DNA of 41,324 bases from Nitrososphaeraceae archaeon. Its GTDB lineage: Archaea; Thermoproteota; Nitrososphaeria; Nitrososphaerales; Nitrososphaeraceae. Of this stretch, positions 11,079 through 20,844 are shown piece after piece. The DNA lies in contig DATGZA010000012.1 in assembly GCA_035297365.1 (NCBI GenBank), positions 1 to 41,324 of the forward strand. The letters are read 5' to 3'. The position numbers and the translations under genes are program-made. Positions within the stretch are counted from its first letter, which is position 1. Every line of letters begins with the position of its first letter. The notes under the pieces were generated by a model that ran no database searches, had not been told where the DNA came from, and was given only the letters and a program-made list of their open reading frames with translations.

Positions 11079-11252
11079 TTATTTTAACATAGAAAAATCG
11101 TTTTGTAGTTTAATAAACAAATTTTTCGCATTTTTTCGTGTATCTTGTTTAATTTCCTCATTAAATACAGTATTACTAAGTGAATCCATAATAGTCTGTA
11201 GTTCTTCTTCAGTTAAGGAAAGATCATATTTATTCCTAGTCATATTTTTCAT
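11079..11252 (-). CDS. Small hypothetical protein (57 aa, not in ORF track)
   Basis: MKNMTRNKYDLSLTEEELQTIMDSLSNTVFNEEIKQDTRKNAKNLFIKLQNDFSMLK*; more protein-like than the overlapping + strand ORF. Confidence 0.6.
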   Translation of the reverse strand: MKNMTRNKYDLSLTEEELQTIMDSLSNTVFNEEIKQDTRKNAKNLFIKLQNDFSMLK

Positions 11253-11540
11253 AACTCAGTATAAAGAAGTATAAATTCATTCGTTTATGTTTATAACTAA
11301 ATGGGAAGTAAATATGAATAATCTAAAATTATATTACTCTATAATCAAGTTTTTGGTAATCTTTCACTGAATCAAATTCTTTAAACTTTATTTCTTCCAC
11401 TTATTTTTTTAGAGTTCTAGAAATTGTGAGCATTACAAGCAATTACGAAAAATGACAAGTAAACTGGGAGTAGAACGGTGACCTTGATCCATCAAGAGAG
11501 TACTCTCTCACAGTTCTGTACTCGGCGTAAATTCGCAAAG

Positions 11541-12017
11541 TTAACTTCTTTTATTTTTGGGAGTCCTAGGAATTAATTCCTTATCTACAAATTGCTGGAA
11601 GGCAGGATCAAACCATTTTTCCATTTCAATAGTGCTTTCCCATATTTCCCTTATTTCTCCCTGTTCGAAAGCACTCTTCATCCATCGCAACCAACCGGTC
11701 CATTCATTGTCGCTTAATACTTTTCTTTGTCGCATATGAAAGACATGTGCGAACGTAAACAAAATATCATATGCGTATGCAACTTCAGGTGAATTTGTAT
11801 CAACCTTGCTTACCACCTTTATCAGTTGAGGGGACTCAATTAACACCTGGTGTAGTACATGCATTCTTTGAGCCAAATCGTTCAGGACCTTAGTTTCAAT
11901 ATCTACTGACAGCTTCTGTGTTTGTTTTCTGGAGAAGTATAGAATTACAAACAATGTGCCAATAATTCCAAGTGCTTCTCCCATGCCGAAATACTCGGCT
12001 AAACCAGCTTCAATCAT
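11541..12017 (-). CDS. Membrane-anchored hypothetical protein
   Basis: N-terminal TM followed by a helical domain (LSDNEWTGW...FDPAFQQFVD). Confidence 0.75.
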   Translation of the reverse strand: MIEAGLAEYFGMGEALGIIGTLFVILYFSRKQTQKLSVDIETKVLNDLAQRMHVLHQVLIESPQLIKVVSKVDTNSPEVAYAYDILFTFAHVFHMRQRKVLSDNEWTGWLRWMKSAFEQGEIREIWESTIEMEKWFDPAFQQFVDKELIPRTPKNKRS

Positions 12018-12306
12018 TATATGGATGCTCTAAATACGTGCTCATAAATATTTTTACAGGACTGAATGCGTCTAATTCCTTTTTGCAAACCTTTTGCCAT
12101 TATCAAAAATAAATCATGATAATAATTAATTCATTTGAATTTATTCAATGAAATTATAAAAAATAACTTTTACTATTTAAGTCGGTTAAACATGTGTCTA
12201 AGCATGGTCAAGTATGGCTGAAAGCTAATATGTAAATAAATTGTTGCCTGCGATCGTACAAAAAAAGAATCGAAAATCTAATTATTAACTGATTAAAAAA
12301 TTGTAC

Positions 12307-12810
12307 CTATTTTATAACTAATACTGGACAATGAGCATATGTTACAATTCCACTGGCTACACTGCCAAGAAGCAATTTCTTGAAACCAGTACTTCCTCTT
12401 GTTCCTACCACGATTAAATCAATATCGTTTTTTTCAGAATAATCTACTAAGCCTATAGATGGGTTAGTTGTGCGAGGAGTCATGATTATTTCCGTTTTAG
12501 AAATTATATTGAGTTTATCGGCTTTTTCTTTTATTTTGTCAAGAATCTTCTGTGTCTTTTGTTTTTGATTCTCATACACTTTTTCAATTACTTCCGGTTT
12601 ACCCCAACTATATGGATATTCACCATGAAGCCAAGGCTCTATTTCAAGAACATTTACAATTAGTAACAATTTACTTTTGTATTTTTCAGCTAAATCTATT
12701 GCATGTTCGGCAGCTTCAAATGACTTTTCAGAACCATCCACTCCAACTAGAATTTTTTTAATAAGGTTTTGTACTATTTTATTATCATCAGTAGCAATAT
12801 CATTAACCAA
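12307..12810 (-). CDS. Universal stress protein (UspA family)
   Basis: KILVGVDGS, DLIVVGTRG, LLGSVA, CPVLVIK. Confidence 0.95.
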   Translation of the reverse strand: MVNDIATDDNKIVQNLIKKILVGVDGSEKSFEAAEHAIDLAEKYKSKLLLIVNVLEIEPWLHGEYPYSWGKPEVIEKVYENQKQKTQKILDKIKEKADKLNIISKTEIIMTPRTTNPSIGLVDYSEKNDIDLIVVGTRGSTGFKKLLLGSVASGIVTYAHCPVLVIK

Positions 12811-13974
12811 TTTAGATACGAAAAGGTAATAGCAGTTTTAATAAAAACTTATAACACATTTACCAATAACACAATATTCATAACTCGAAAGGAACCTAAA
12901 ATCTCAAAAATTTACCAAAAGGAACTCAATGTATTTAACAAATATCTCTCAATTTGGGTAGCAATTTGTATTGTATCTGGAACGTTGCTAGGATATTTTT
13001 TTCCTTGGATATCTACTTCGTTGTCAGAAATTGAGTTTGCAAATGTCTCGCTCCCCATAGCAATAGTACTTTTGATGATGATGTATCCAATTATGCTTAA
13101 AGTAAAATATTCAGAGCTGTTGAATTTTAGGAAAAATGTAAAGGTTATGGCTTTTACATTGACACTAAATTGGGCTATCCAACCTTTTGTAATGGCTTTT
13201 ATCGCTTGGTTATTTATGGCTGTTATTTTTTCTTCTATAATTCCTGAAAAATTACATAAAGAATACATGATGGGTATGATAATTCTTGGACTTGCACCTT
13301 GTACAGCAATGACACTTGTATGGACATATCTTGCTAGAGCGAATGTTAGCTGTGCACTACTTCAAGTATCAATAAATGACATCCTTATCCTTATTCTTTA
13401 TGTTCCTATTGGTGTGTTTTTGCTTGGAGCCACTGGGTTTTCTGTTCCTCTTGACACTCTTTTTGTCTCAATTTTATTGTATGTTGCAGTACCTTTGGGA
13501 TTAGCGGCATTAACACGACAAGTAACAATCAAGACGAAGGGAGAAGAATGGCTTGAAACTCATCTAATTGAGAGAATTGATAAAATTACTCCTATTGGTC
13601 TTTTGATAACTCTGGTTCTTATATTTATTTTCCAAGGTGATAAGATCATCAATTTTCCTTTTCACTTGATATTAATTGCAATTCCTCTTGTACTTCACAC
13701 TTATCTGATCTTTTCAATAGGATATTTTGGATCAAAAAAGTTGAGGATACCCTATCCGGAAGCAGCACCTACCGCTTTCATCGGAGCAAGTAACTTTTTT
13801 GAACTTGCAGTAGCAGTATCTACAATTTTGTTCGGTGTAAATTCTGGGGTCACTTTAGCAATTACTGTTGGTGTTTTGGTTGAAGTTCCGGTAATGCTCT
13901 CTCTTGTACAAATTATGAAAAGGAACAAAGCAAAATTCCAATTTGATGTTTCAGAACCTTCAAATAAATTTTAA
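12769..13974 (+). CDS. acr3: Acr3 family arsenite efflux transporter; true start probably near 12900
   Basis: KYLSIWV, MMYPIMLKV, NWAIQPF, APCTAM, ASNFFELAVAV, GVLVEVPVML. Confidence 0.92.
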   Translation: MYYFIIISSNIINQFRYEKVIAVLIKTYNTFTNNTIFITRKEPKISKIYQKELNVFNKYLSIWVAICIVSGTLLGYFFPWISTSLSEIEFANVSLPIAIVLLMMMYPIMLKVKYSELLNFRKNVKVMAFTLTLNWAIQPFVMAFIAWLFMAVIFSSIIPEKLHKEYMMGMIILGLAPCTAMTLVWTYLARANVSCALLQVSINDILILILYVPIGVFLLGATGFSVPLDTLFVSILLYVAVPLGLAALTRQVTIKTKGEEWLETHLIERIDKITPIGLLITLVLIFIFQGDKIINFPFHLILIAIPLVLHTYLIFSIGYFGSKKLRIPYPEAAPTAFIGASNFFELAVAVSTILFGVNSGVTLAITVGVLVEVPVMLSLVQIMKRNKAKFQFDVSEPSNKF

Positions 13975-14330
13975 GAGATTACCATATTAGTGATTACTGA
14001 TATTATTGTCTCCATATTAATATATTGTACAATTGTAGTAACCTATGGAAAGATGATTTTACTAAACTATCAATAAATTAAAGTAGTAGTACTTACAGTA
14101 GTCATATAAATATTAATTAATGTCCTACTTAAATTAATTATATGATCCTTCCAAATGGTAAACCTAATCAAGTCTCCAAAGATGAATCATCTTTAGTAGA
14201 CATTTCGTTTTCTACCTAAACATCATTTGTTATTCTTCTTATAGTCAATAATTCAGAATCTTGGAATATTAGAAGATCAAATAATGTTCTTTCCAACCTG
14301 AGATATATTAAAATTGTAAATAGCAATTTA

Positions 14331-15278
14331 ATGACCAATAAATAGATAGTTCTGGCTTCTAAATTGTTAGAAGCCACAGGTTTACTCACTCAACCCATCA
14401 ATGACGATAGGAAATGCACAAGGACAATCCTATGAAAACTCTTATCAGTATGGGAATGATCACTATAAAGTTTATCCAGATCAAAAGAAAGGTTCTGATG
14501 TGAATATACAGAAAATAAAGTGTGTTAATAGTAACGTAAATGTAAATGGTATAGATATTACTCAAATACCTCAAGAACCTAATGGTTTAGCAACGGCAGC
14601 AAATGAAGCAACAAATGAAGACAGAGTAGCAAATACACAAAACGGTAACGGATTTGGAGATAGAATAAACTTCGACAGGAATCTAGTAAACGTATGTGCT
14701 AATGTGAATTCTAACGACCAGACAAAGGTTGAGCCTCTGGACCAGCAACATTAACCGTAAATAAAGAAGTCTTTGGCTGTAATAATCATAGTGATTCTGC
14801 TATTATGAACTGTCAAGCACTACAAAATAATTCAACATTATGGCTTCCATGTATCAATTCTCCAATCAACAATACAGCATTCTGTCGGAGTTTGCCAGCA
14901 GGTATCTTTGATATCGAGGTACTAGATCACCAGAATAGTCAAATTCATCAGTTTGTAGGATCTGCACAGGGAACAACAATTCAAAATCTGCAACCCGGTA
15001 CGTATACGGTAAACGAGATAAAACACTCCTGTGCATGTAGTACTATCAACCAGTTAGCAGTAGATACAGTTGCAGAAACAGCATGTAATAGTGTGTCATT
15101 TCTGCAGGGCGGAAGACTAGCAAACACAACTGCAGTCCCAGATGACATAAATTATCAAATTTGTATCGAATATGAAGATGTGCAGAATAATGACTGCAGT
15201 ACTGTAACATTGGCAGCAGGAGAAGATAAAACCTGTACAGTTAAGAACTACATACGTACGACTTGCTATAGCAGCTAA
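14331..15278 (+). pseudogene. Secreted Cys-containing surface protein pseudogene
   Basis: ATG at 14331 gives MTNK*IVLAS...ATGLLT (TAG in the signal peptide); frameshift near 14390 into the 14401 ORF; frameshift near 14737 joins it to GPATLTVNKEVFGC and the 14805 ORF. Confidence 0.78.
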
Positions 15279-15417
15279 CTAGGATAGATCTCATTATGAG
15301 CATCAACAATTTTTTTATTTTATTTTCACAAGAAATAAAGATATTTCTTTGAGGATGATATTTTGGTGAAAAAAAATCATCCTAACCAACAAACCAACAC
15401 AAAATAGATCAACAACA

Positions 15418-15869
15418 GATTTTACAACTGCCAACATAGCAGACAATAACATTTATGATAAGTTAACAGCAAGTATACCTGTTATAATCATAAGAAAAAG
15501 ATCATACATCTCCGGATATCCTAGATATGAGTGATGATCATAAACTGTATAATAAGCACAAATATGGGATTTCAGTTTGTGTACACTATAAACATATGAA
15601 AATATACCTAATGGTAGGATCAAATTATTTGAATTTTGTCAATCTAACAGTGGACAGACTATCTATTCGGTGTGTAGTAAATCAGTTGAACCACTGATAA
15701 AACGTATCAAATCTCTTTTTAGGATAGATCCGTTATCTGTAAAGTAAAATGATATAACAGGGCTTGTACATCTGTACTATTGTCAGTCTTACTATACCAG
15801 GTACTTTTATATTATAACTGTAAAACTAAAAAACATAATCCCAGAGCAATCAAACACATGTTAGGGACA
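15418..15869 (+). mobile_element. Degenerate DDE transposase C-terminal relic
   Basis: Across several frames reads DFTTANIADNNIY..., DDHKLY, MGFQFV, SVEPLIKRIKSLFRIDPL, VLLSVLLYQVLLYYNCKTKKHNPRAIKHMLGT, which resembles IS4/IS5/IS982-like transposases; stops and frameshifts present. Confidence 0.72.
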
Positions 15870-15983
15870 CAACGAAGATTACATCATACTATTGTTGCCA
15901 GGATGATACTTGTTTATTGAATATTCAATTATAACCCAAGCTCAAATCCTTTTTTTAACTTTATCAAAAAACTGGCGATTAAT

Positions 15984-16505
15984 TTAAATAAAATCTAACC
16001 AAGGCAGAAGGTCTTCTCTTCTTAATTTATCAATTTTTATTTTAGCTTCTTCTAATATTTTACCACCATCTTCAGGATAATCATTAAGAACTACAATTCT
16101 TTTGATCCCTACCGTTATAGACATTTTGCTACATTCCAAACATGGTGCAAAGGTGCTATAGAGTGTAGTTCCACTGGTACTAGTTGCATTTCCAAATAAT
16201 GCGCACTGCATAATGGCATTTGCTTCAGCATGAGTACATAGACATCGATGTAAACCATCCCCAGAACTCAATTCGCCATTCATTCTTGATTGACATCTAC
16301 TACAGCCACCATCGATACAATTCTTGATTCCAGGAGGAGTACCATTATAACCTGTAGCTATTTGACGGTTGTCTTTAACTATAACAGATCCTATTTGACG
16401 TGTAATACAGTTTGAACGTAATTTAGCAATTTCAGCTTGGAGCATAAAATACACATCCCAATTTGGTCGCACCTTGTTCCAATTTATTTTATTTACTTTA
16501 TTCAT
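15984..16505 (-). CDS. dCMP deaminase family protein
   Basis: RPNWDVYFM, ATGYNGTP, HAEANA, PCLECSK. Confidence 0.93.
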   Translation of the reverse strand: MNKVNKINWNKVRPNWDVYFMLQAEIAKLRSNCITRQIGSVIVKDNRQIATGYNGTPPGIKNCIDGGCSRCQSRMNGELSSGDGLHRCLCTHAEANAIMQCALFGNATSTSGTTLYSTFAPCLECSKMSITVGIKRIVVLNDYPEDGGKILEEAKIKIDKLRREDLLPWLDFI

Positions 16506-16611
16506 TTTTTATATCTCATAACAATTTATCTGAACTTTTTGTTATATTAATTATAAAAATTTTTAAAGGAATTTTTATAGATCTATTTCAAATAATGGAA
16601 GTGATATTTTA

Positions 16612-17163
16612 GTGCACACATCATTACAAAAAAAAGATGAAAAACACGCAAGAACTATTTACTTGATGGTTTTTTATTTTTGCGCGATAATAATGATATT
16701 GATTACTTTTTATTCTTTATATGTCAGTATTGATGAGTATTTAAAAACTGGTAAAGTTGTTATAGGAGAAGTTTTAGTGTATACTGAATTTCCTGTCCCA
16801 GGATTGGCAAAACTGATAACCTATTTAATGATCGTAACAGTGGTTGGATGGTATTGCGTAACGAAATTAGGTCGAGATAAAGTGAAAAATATCCCAGAAT
16901 CGGTAAAAGCCGTTCTTCAGCTTGTTGTTCTTGCGATTTTGGTTATATCGATTTATGAATTCATTTATAATTTCATCATATGGAATTCCTTTATAACAGT
17001 AGATGCCATCAATGGAATAATGAGGTTAGACGATTTAAGTGTTCCATATCCGAATCCAAACACACCCTGGAATCTAGTATTTGCAACAAAAATGTCGTTA
17101 TCAGCTTTGCTCATTTCAGCACATGGTTTCTATACAATTTCAAAACATAAAAATAATGATTAG
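16612..17163 (+). CDS. Hypothetical membrane protein (about 4 TM)
   Basis: Four hydrophobic segments. Confidence 0.75.
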   Translation: MHTSLQKKDEKHARTIYLMVFYFCAIIMILITFYSLYVSIDEYLKTGKVVIGEVLVYTEFPVPGLAKLITYLMIVTVVGWYCVTKLGRDKVKNIPESVKAVLQLVVLAILVISIYEFIYNFIIWNSFITVDAINGIMRLDDLSVPYPNPNTPWNLVFATKMSLSALLISAHGFYTISKHKNND

Positions 17164-17186
17164 TCGAAAAAATAAAAAGTTGAGAT

Positions 17187-18557
17187 CTATCCATATTGTG
17201 CAAATCTTTCAATAATTTTACATAAGCATTTGGTAATACTTGCTAAAAGATCTATTCTAGCATATTCATTTGGAGAATGAATTCTTGAATATACAAATGT
17301 ACAACCCAATGAGATCGATGGTGCGTGAAGGATATTTTGAAAACTATACATAGGACCGGTACCTGCCGATGAAATGTTCAAAATGGTTTGTCCAAAAATT
17401 TCTTTTGCGCATTCATTTACCAGGTTAACAAAAGGATGATCATATGGAATTCGAGCAGCAGGTTCTCCATGAATGAGTTTAACATCAATATTTTTAATTC
17501 CTTGTTTTTCAACGTGTTTTTTTAAAAGCTCGAATTGTTTTTTTGGCATCATGTTGGGAACTAATCTAAAATCTAATTTTACCGTAGCATGTGAAGGTAT
17601 AATAGTTTTAGCGCCTTGCTCTGTATAGCCAGAAACCATTCCAGCTATATTACAAGTTGGATATCCAGATAAAGCTCTTTTTATTTCAGTATCTTTTATG
17701 TTACCTAAAAAACTGGTTATTCCATATTCTTTCTTGAAAGATTCTTCATCAAAAAGTTCAGCCGATAGAATAGATTCCTCCTCAGGTAAAAATTCCTTTA
17801 TATCGTTATACCAATCTTCTATCAAGATTTTTCCATTTTCATTTACCATAGAATTAAGTAATTTTATTAATTTCCATGCAGGATTTTCTATAATCACTGC
17901 CAAACTAGAATGAGTATCTTTGTTAGGACCAGAAGCAGTCAATTCAACATACAAAAGACCTTTCATTCCAAGACTGATTATTGGATTATTCTTTTCGTTG
18001 ACATAACCAAATTCCCAAATGATTCCATCACACGCGAATTTTTCTTTATACTTTACAAGATATTCTTCAATGTGATTACTGCCTATTTCTTCTTCTCCTT
18101 CAACAATAAATTTTACATTACATGGTACATCCCCAGTTTCTTTAATGAAAGATTCTACCGCTTTTATTCTAGTTATTAATTCTCCTTTGTCATCAGATGC
18201 ACCACGCCCATAAACAAAATTACCAGAGATTTGACCACTAAAAGGAGGAAAATTCCATTGATTTAGTGGGTCTTCAGGTTGAACATCATAATGGTTATAA
18301 AATAGGAGTGTTTTTCCATCAGGATTTTTTTTAGATAGTAACTCTCCAAAAAGAATAGGAGGTATATTTTTTTCATCATCAAGGTACAGAATTTCCGAAT
18401 TTATTCCGGCGTTTGTCATCAACTTGTAGATCATTTCTGCACATTCTATAAGATTTTGATTTCTAGCAGAAACACTTGGTATTCTGATTAAAGTTTGTAG
18501 ATCTGAAACCATTTCGTTGATATGAGAATCTATATATTTTTCTATTACGTTTCCCAT
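17187..18557 (-). CDS. M20/M25/M40 family metallopeptidase
   Basis: YNHYDVQP, GRGASDDKG, EGEEEIGS, HSPNE. Confidence 0.95.
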   Translation of the reverse strand: MGNVIEKYIDSHINEMVSDLQTLIRIPSVSARNQNLIECAEMIYKLMTNAGINSEILYLDDEKNIPPILFGELLSKKNPDGKTLLFYNHYDVQPEDPLNQWNFPPFSGQISGNFVYGRGASDDKGELITRIKAVESFIKETGDVPCNVKFIVEGEEEIGSNHIEEYLVKYKEKFACDGIIWEFGYVNEKNNPIISLGMKGLLYVELTASGPNKDTHSSLAVIIENPAWKLIKLLNSMVNENGKILIEDWYNDIKEFLPEEESILSAELFDEESFKKEYGITSFLGNIKDTEIKRALSGYPTCNIAGMVSGYTEQGAKTIIPSHATVKLDFRLVPNMMPKKQFELLKKHVEKQGIKNIDVKLIHGEPAARIPYDHPFVNLVNECAKEIFGQTILNISSAGTGPMYSFQNILHAPSISLGCTFVYSRIHSPNEYARIDLLASITKCLCKIIERFAQYG

Positions 18558-18630
18558 CGATTTAAAGCTCCATATCTACAATTTTAACTTTCAAATTGTA
18601 TTGAATATAAGGAAAATAATGTATCATAAT

Positions 18631-18670
18631 ATAATAACTAGATAATAACTAGATAATAACTAGATAATAA
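18631..18670. repeat. Tandem repeat (ATAATAACTAG) x3.6 in a divergent promoter region
   Basis: ataataactag ataataactag ataataactag ataataa, immediately upstream of TATA-like AAATATAA near 18678. Confidence 0.85.
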
Positions 18671-18706
18671 GAGGAATAAATATAACCGTGATTTAGTGAA
18701 ACGGTA

Positions 18707-20827
18707 TTGATGATATCATCATCTGTTCCGAAGAATATATTTTTTTATCCTAATTCTATTGCAGTAATAGGTGCCTCTGAAAAACCAGGTGTAGGGAAAG
18801 CAATATTTTCAAATATTGTAAATGGTTATAGTGGTAAAATTTTTCCTATCACTCCATCAAACCCAAGTGTATTGGGAGTAACCGCTTACAAAAGTGTTTT
18901 AGATGTTCCAGAAAATATTGATTTGGCGGTTATTGCCACACCTAACAAGATAGTTTCACAAGTTATGGAAGAAGTAGGAAAGAAGAAAATTAAGGCTGCA
19001 ATAATAGTTTCAGCAGGATTCAAAGAGGTAGACGAAAATGGAGCTAAACTTGAGAGGGAAATTGGAGAAATTGGAGAAAAATATGGAACTCGAATAATAG
19101 GTCCGAATTGTTTAGGGATAATGAGTCTATCGAAAAGTAACATGATGAATGCGACATTTTTAAAGATTACTCCAGAGTCTGGTGGAATAGCATTGGTATC
19201 ACAAAGTGGAGCAATTTGTGCTGCTACAGTTGAAGATGCTATTGCACAAGGAATTGGATTTTCAAAAGTGATTAGTATGGGAAATAAGGTTGACATGGAT
19301 GAAAATGATATTTTAGAATTATTAGCTGATGATGAGGAAACAAAGGTGATTGTTATGTACCTTGAAGATATACATGATGGTATAAAATTTATGAAAATAG
19401 CAAAAAAGATAACAAAAGAGAAGAAAAAACCCATTCTTGTTCTAAAAGCAGGACGGACACCAGAGGGTGCAAAGGCTGCTATGTCTCACACAGGTGCTTT
19501 GATGGGTTCAGATGAGACCTATGAGGCATTACTTAGGCAATCTGGCGTGATACGAGTAGATACAATGCAAGAATTATTTGAAATATCTACTGCATTTTCA
19601 AAACAGCCAATACCACCTTCAGATGGTGGAGTAGTAATAGTTTCTAATGCCGGAGGACCAGCAATCATATCAATTGATTCCTGTTCAAAATATGGACTGA
19701 GAATGGCAGATATTTCTTCATCAAAGTCAGAAATTGCAAAAATAATACCACCACATGGATCTGCAAGAAATCCCGTAGATATCGTTGGAGATGCAGATTT
19801 TAATAGGTTTGAAAGAGTCTTAACTGAAGTACTAGCTAACAAAGATGTTAGTGCAGTAGTTACTATGTGTACTCCCTCAGCCACATTAGATTATAATGAT
19901 TTAGCAAAAACGATCATAAAGACATCCAATAATTCCGGAAAAACTATGTTGGCCGCATTAATGGGTTTAGCGGAAGGGGCAGAAAATAAAAAGATTCTTT
20001 CTGATGGTGGCATTCCACATTTCATGTATGCCGAACCAGCTATAAGAACATTGGAAGCTATGTTTCGTTATAGTCGATGGTTAGAAAGAGATGATTCACT
20101 TCCCAAAGAATTTCAAGTAGACAAGATCAGAGTAAAAAATGTCTTCGATAGAGTAAAAAAAGAAAATCGAAGAAATTTGCTTGAAGAGGAAGGTTATGAA
20201 ATCCTTAAAGCATATGGATTTTCAACTCCAAAAAATTTTCTTGCTACAAATGAAGAAGAGGCGATAAAATCGTCTAATGAGATAGGTTATCCCGTTGTGA
20301 TGAAGATCGTTTCACCAGAAATTGTACACAAATCTGAGTCAGGGGGTGTTAAAGTTGGAATAAGAAATCAAGATCAAGCTAGAAAAGCATTTAATGATAT
20401 TTTAGCGAGCGTTAAGAGTTACAATCCTGATGCTACTATAAAGGGAGTTTTGGTACAAGAAATGATAGAGTCAGCAAAAGAGACGATTTTGGGCTCAAAA
20501 AGAGATCCGATGTTTGGTCCATTAATCATGTTCGGGCTTGGAGGAATTTATGTTGAAATCCTTAAAGATGTTGTATTTAGATTGGCACCAATAAATGGTC
20601 AAGATGCTAAAGAAATGATAGAATCTATAAAAACTATCAAACTTTTAAAAGGAGCAAGAGGAGAGCAGCCATCGGATATAAAAGGGATAGAAGAAAGCTT
20701 ACAACGCTTATCACAATTAGTAACTGATTTTCCAGAGATAGAGGAATTTGATATGAATCCTTTGCTAGTATTAGAAAAGGGTAAAGGAGTAAGAGCAGTT
20801 GATGTGAGGATAGGACTTCGAGAGTAA
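18707..20827 (+). CDS. ADP-forming acyl-CoA synthetase, probable 4-hydroxybutyrate-CoA ligase (3HP/4HB cycle)
   Basis: AVIGAS, GPNCLG, SQSGA, SHTGAL, SNAGG, NPVDI and C-terminal ATP-grasp HKSESGGV; the alpha-then-beta domain order matches the thaumarchaeal 4HB-CoA ligase. Confidence 0.88.
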   Translation: MMISSSVPKNIFFYPNSIAVIGASEKPGVGKAIFSNIVNGYSGKIFPITPSNPSVLGVTAYKSVLDVPENIDLAVIATPNKIVSQVMEEVGKKKIKAAIIVSAGFKEVDENGAKLEREIGEIGEKYGTRIIGPNCLGIMSLSKSNMMNATFLKITPESGGIALVSQSGAICAATVEDAIAQGIGFSKVISMGNKVDMDENDILELLADDEETKVIVMYLEDIHDGIKFMKIAKKITKEKKKPILVLKAGRTPEGAKAAMSHTGALMGSDETYEALLRQSGVIRVDTMQELFEISTAFSKQPIPPSDGGVVIVSNAGGPAIISIDSCSKYGLRMADISSSKSEIAKIIPPHGSARNPVDIVGDADFNRFERVLTEVLANKDVSAVVTMCTPSATLDYNDLAKTIIKTSNNSGKTMLAALMGLAEGAENKKILSDGGIPHFMYAEPAIRTLEAMFRYSRWLERDDSLPKEFQVDKIRVKNVFDRVKKENRRNLLEEEGYEILKAYGFSTPKNFLATNEEEAIKSSNEIGYPVVMKIVSPEIVHKSESGGVKVGIRNQDQARKAFNDILASVKSYNPDATIKGVLVQEMIESAKETILGSKRDPMFGPLIMFGLGGIYVEILKDVVFRLAPINGQDAKEMIESIKTIKLLKGARGEQPSDIKGIEESLQRLSQLVTDFPEIEEFDMNPLLVLEKGKGVRAVDVRIGLRE

Positions 20828-20844
20828 AATATGTTTAAATTAAA

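Noticed and set aside
14140-14300. Possible minus-strand gene relic (LERTLFDLLIFQDSELL...)
   Set aside because: Interrupted by stops and no recognisable family.
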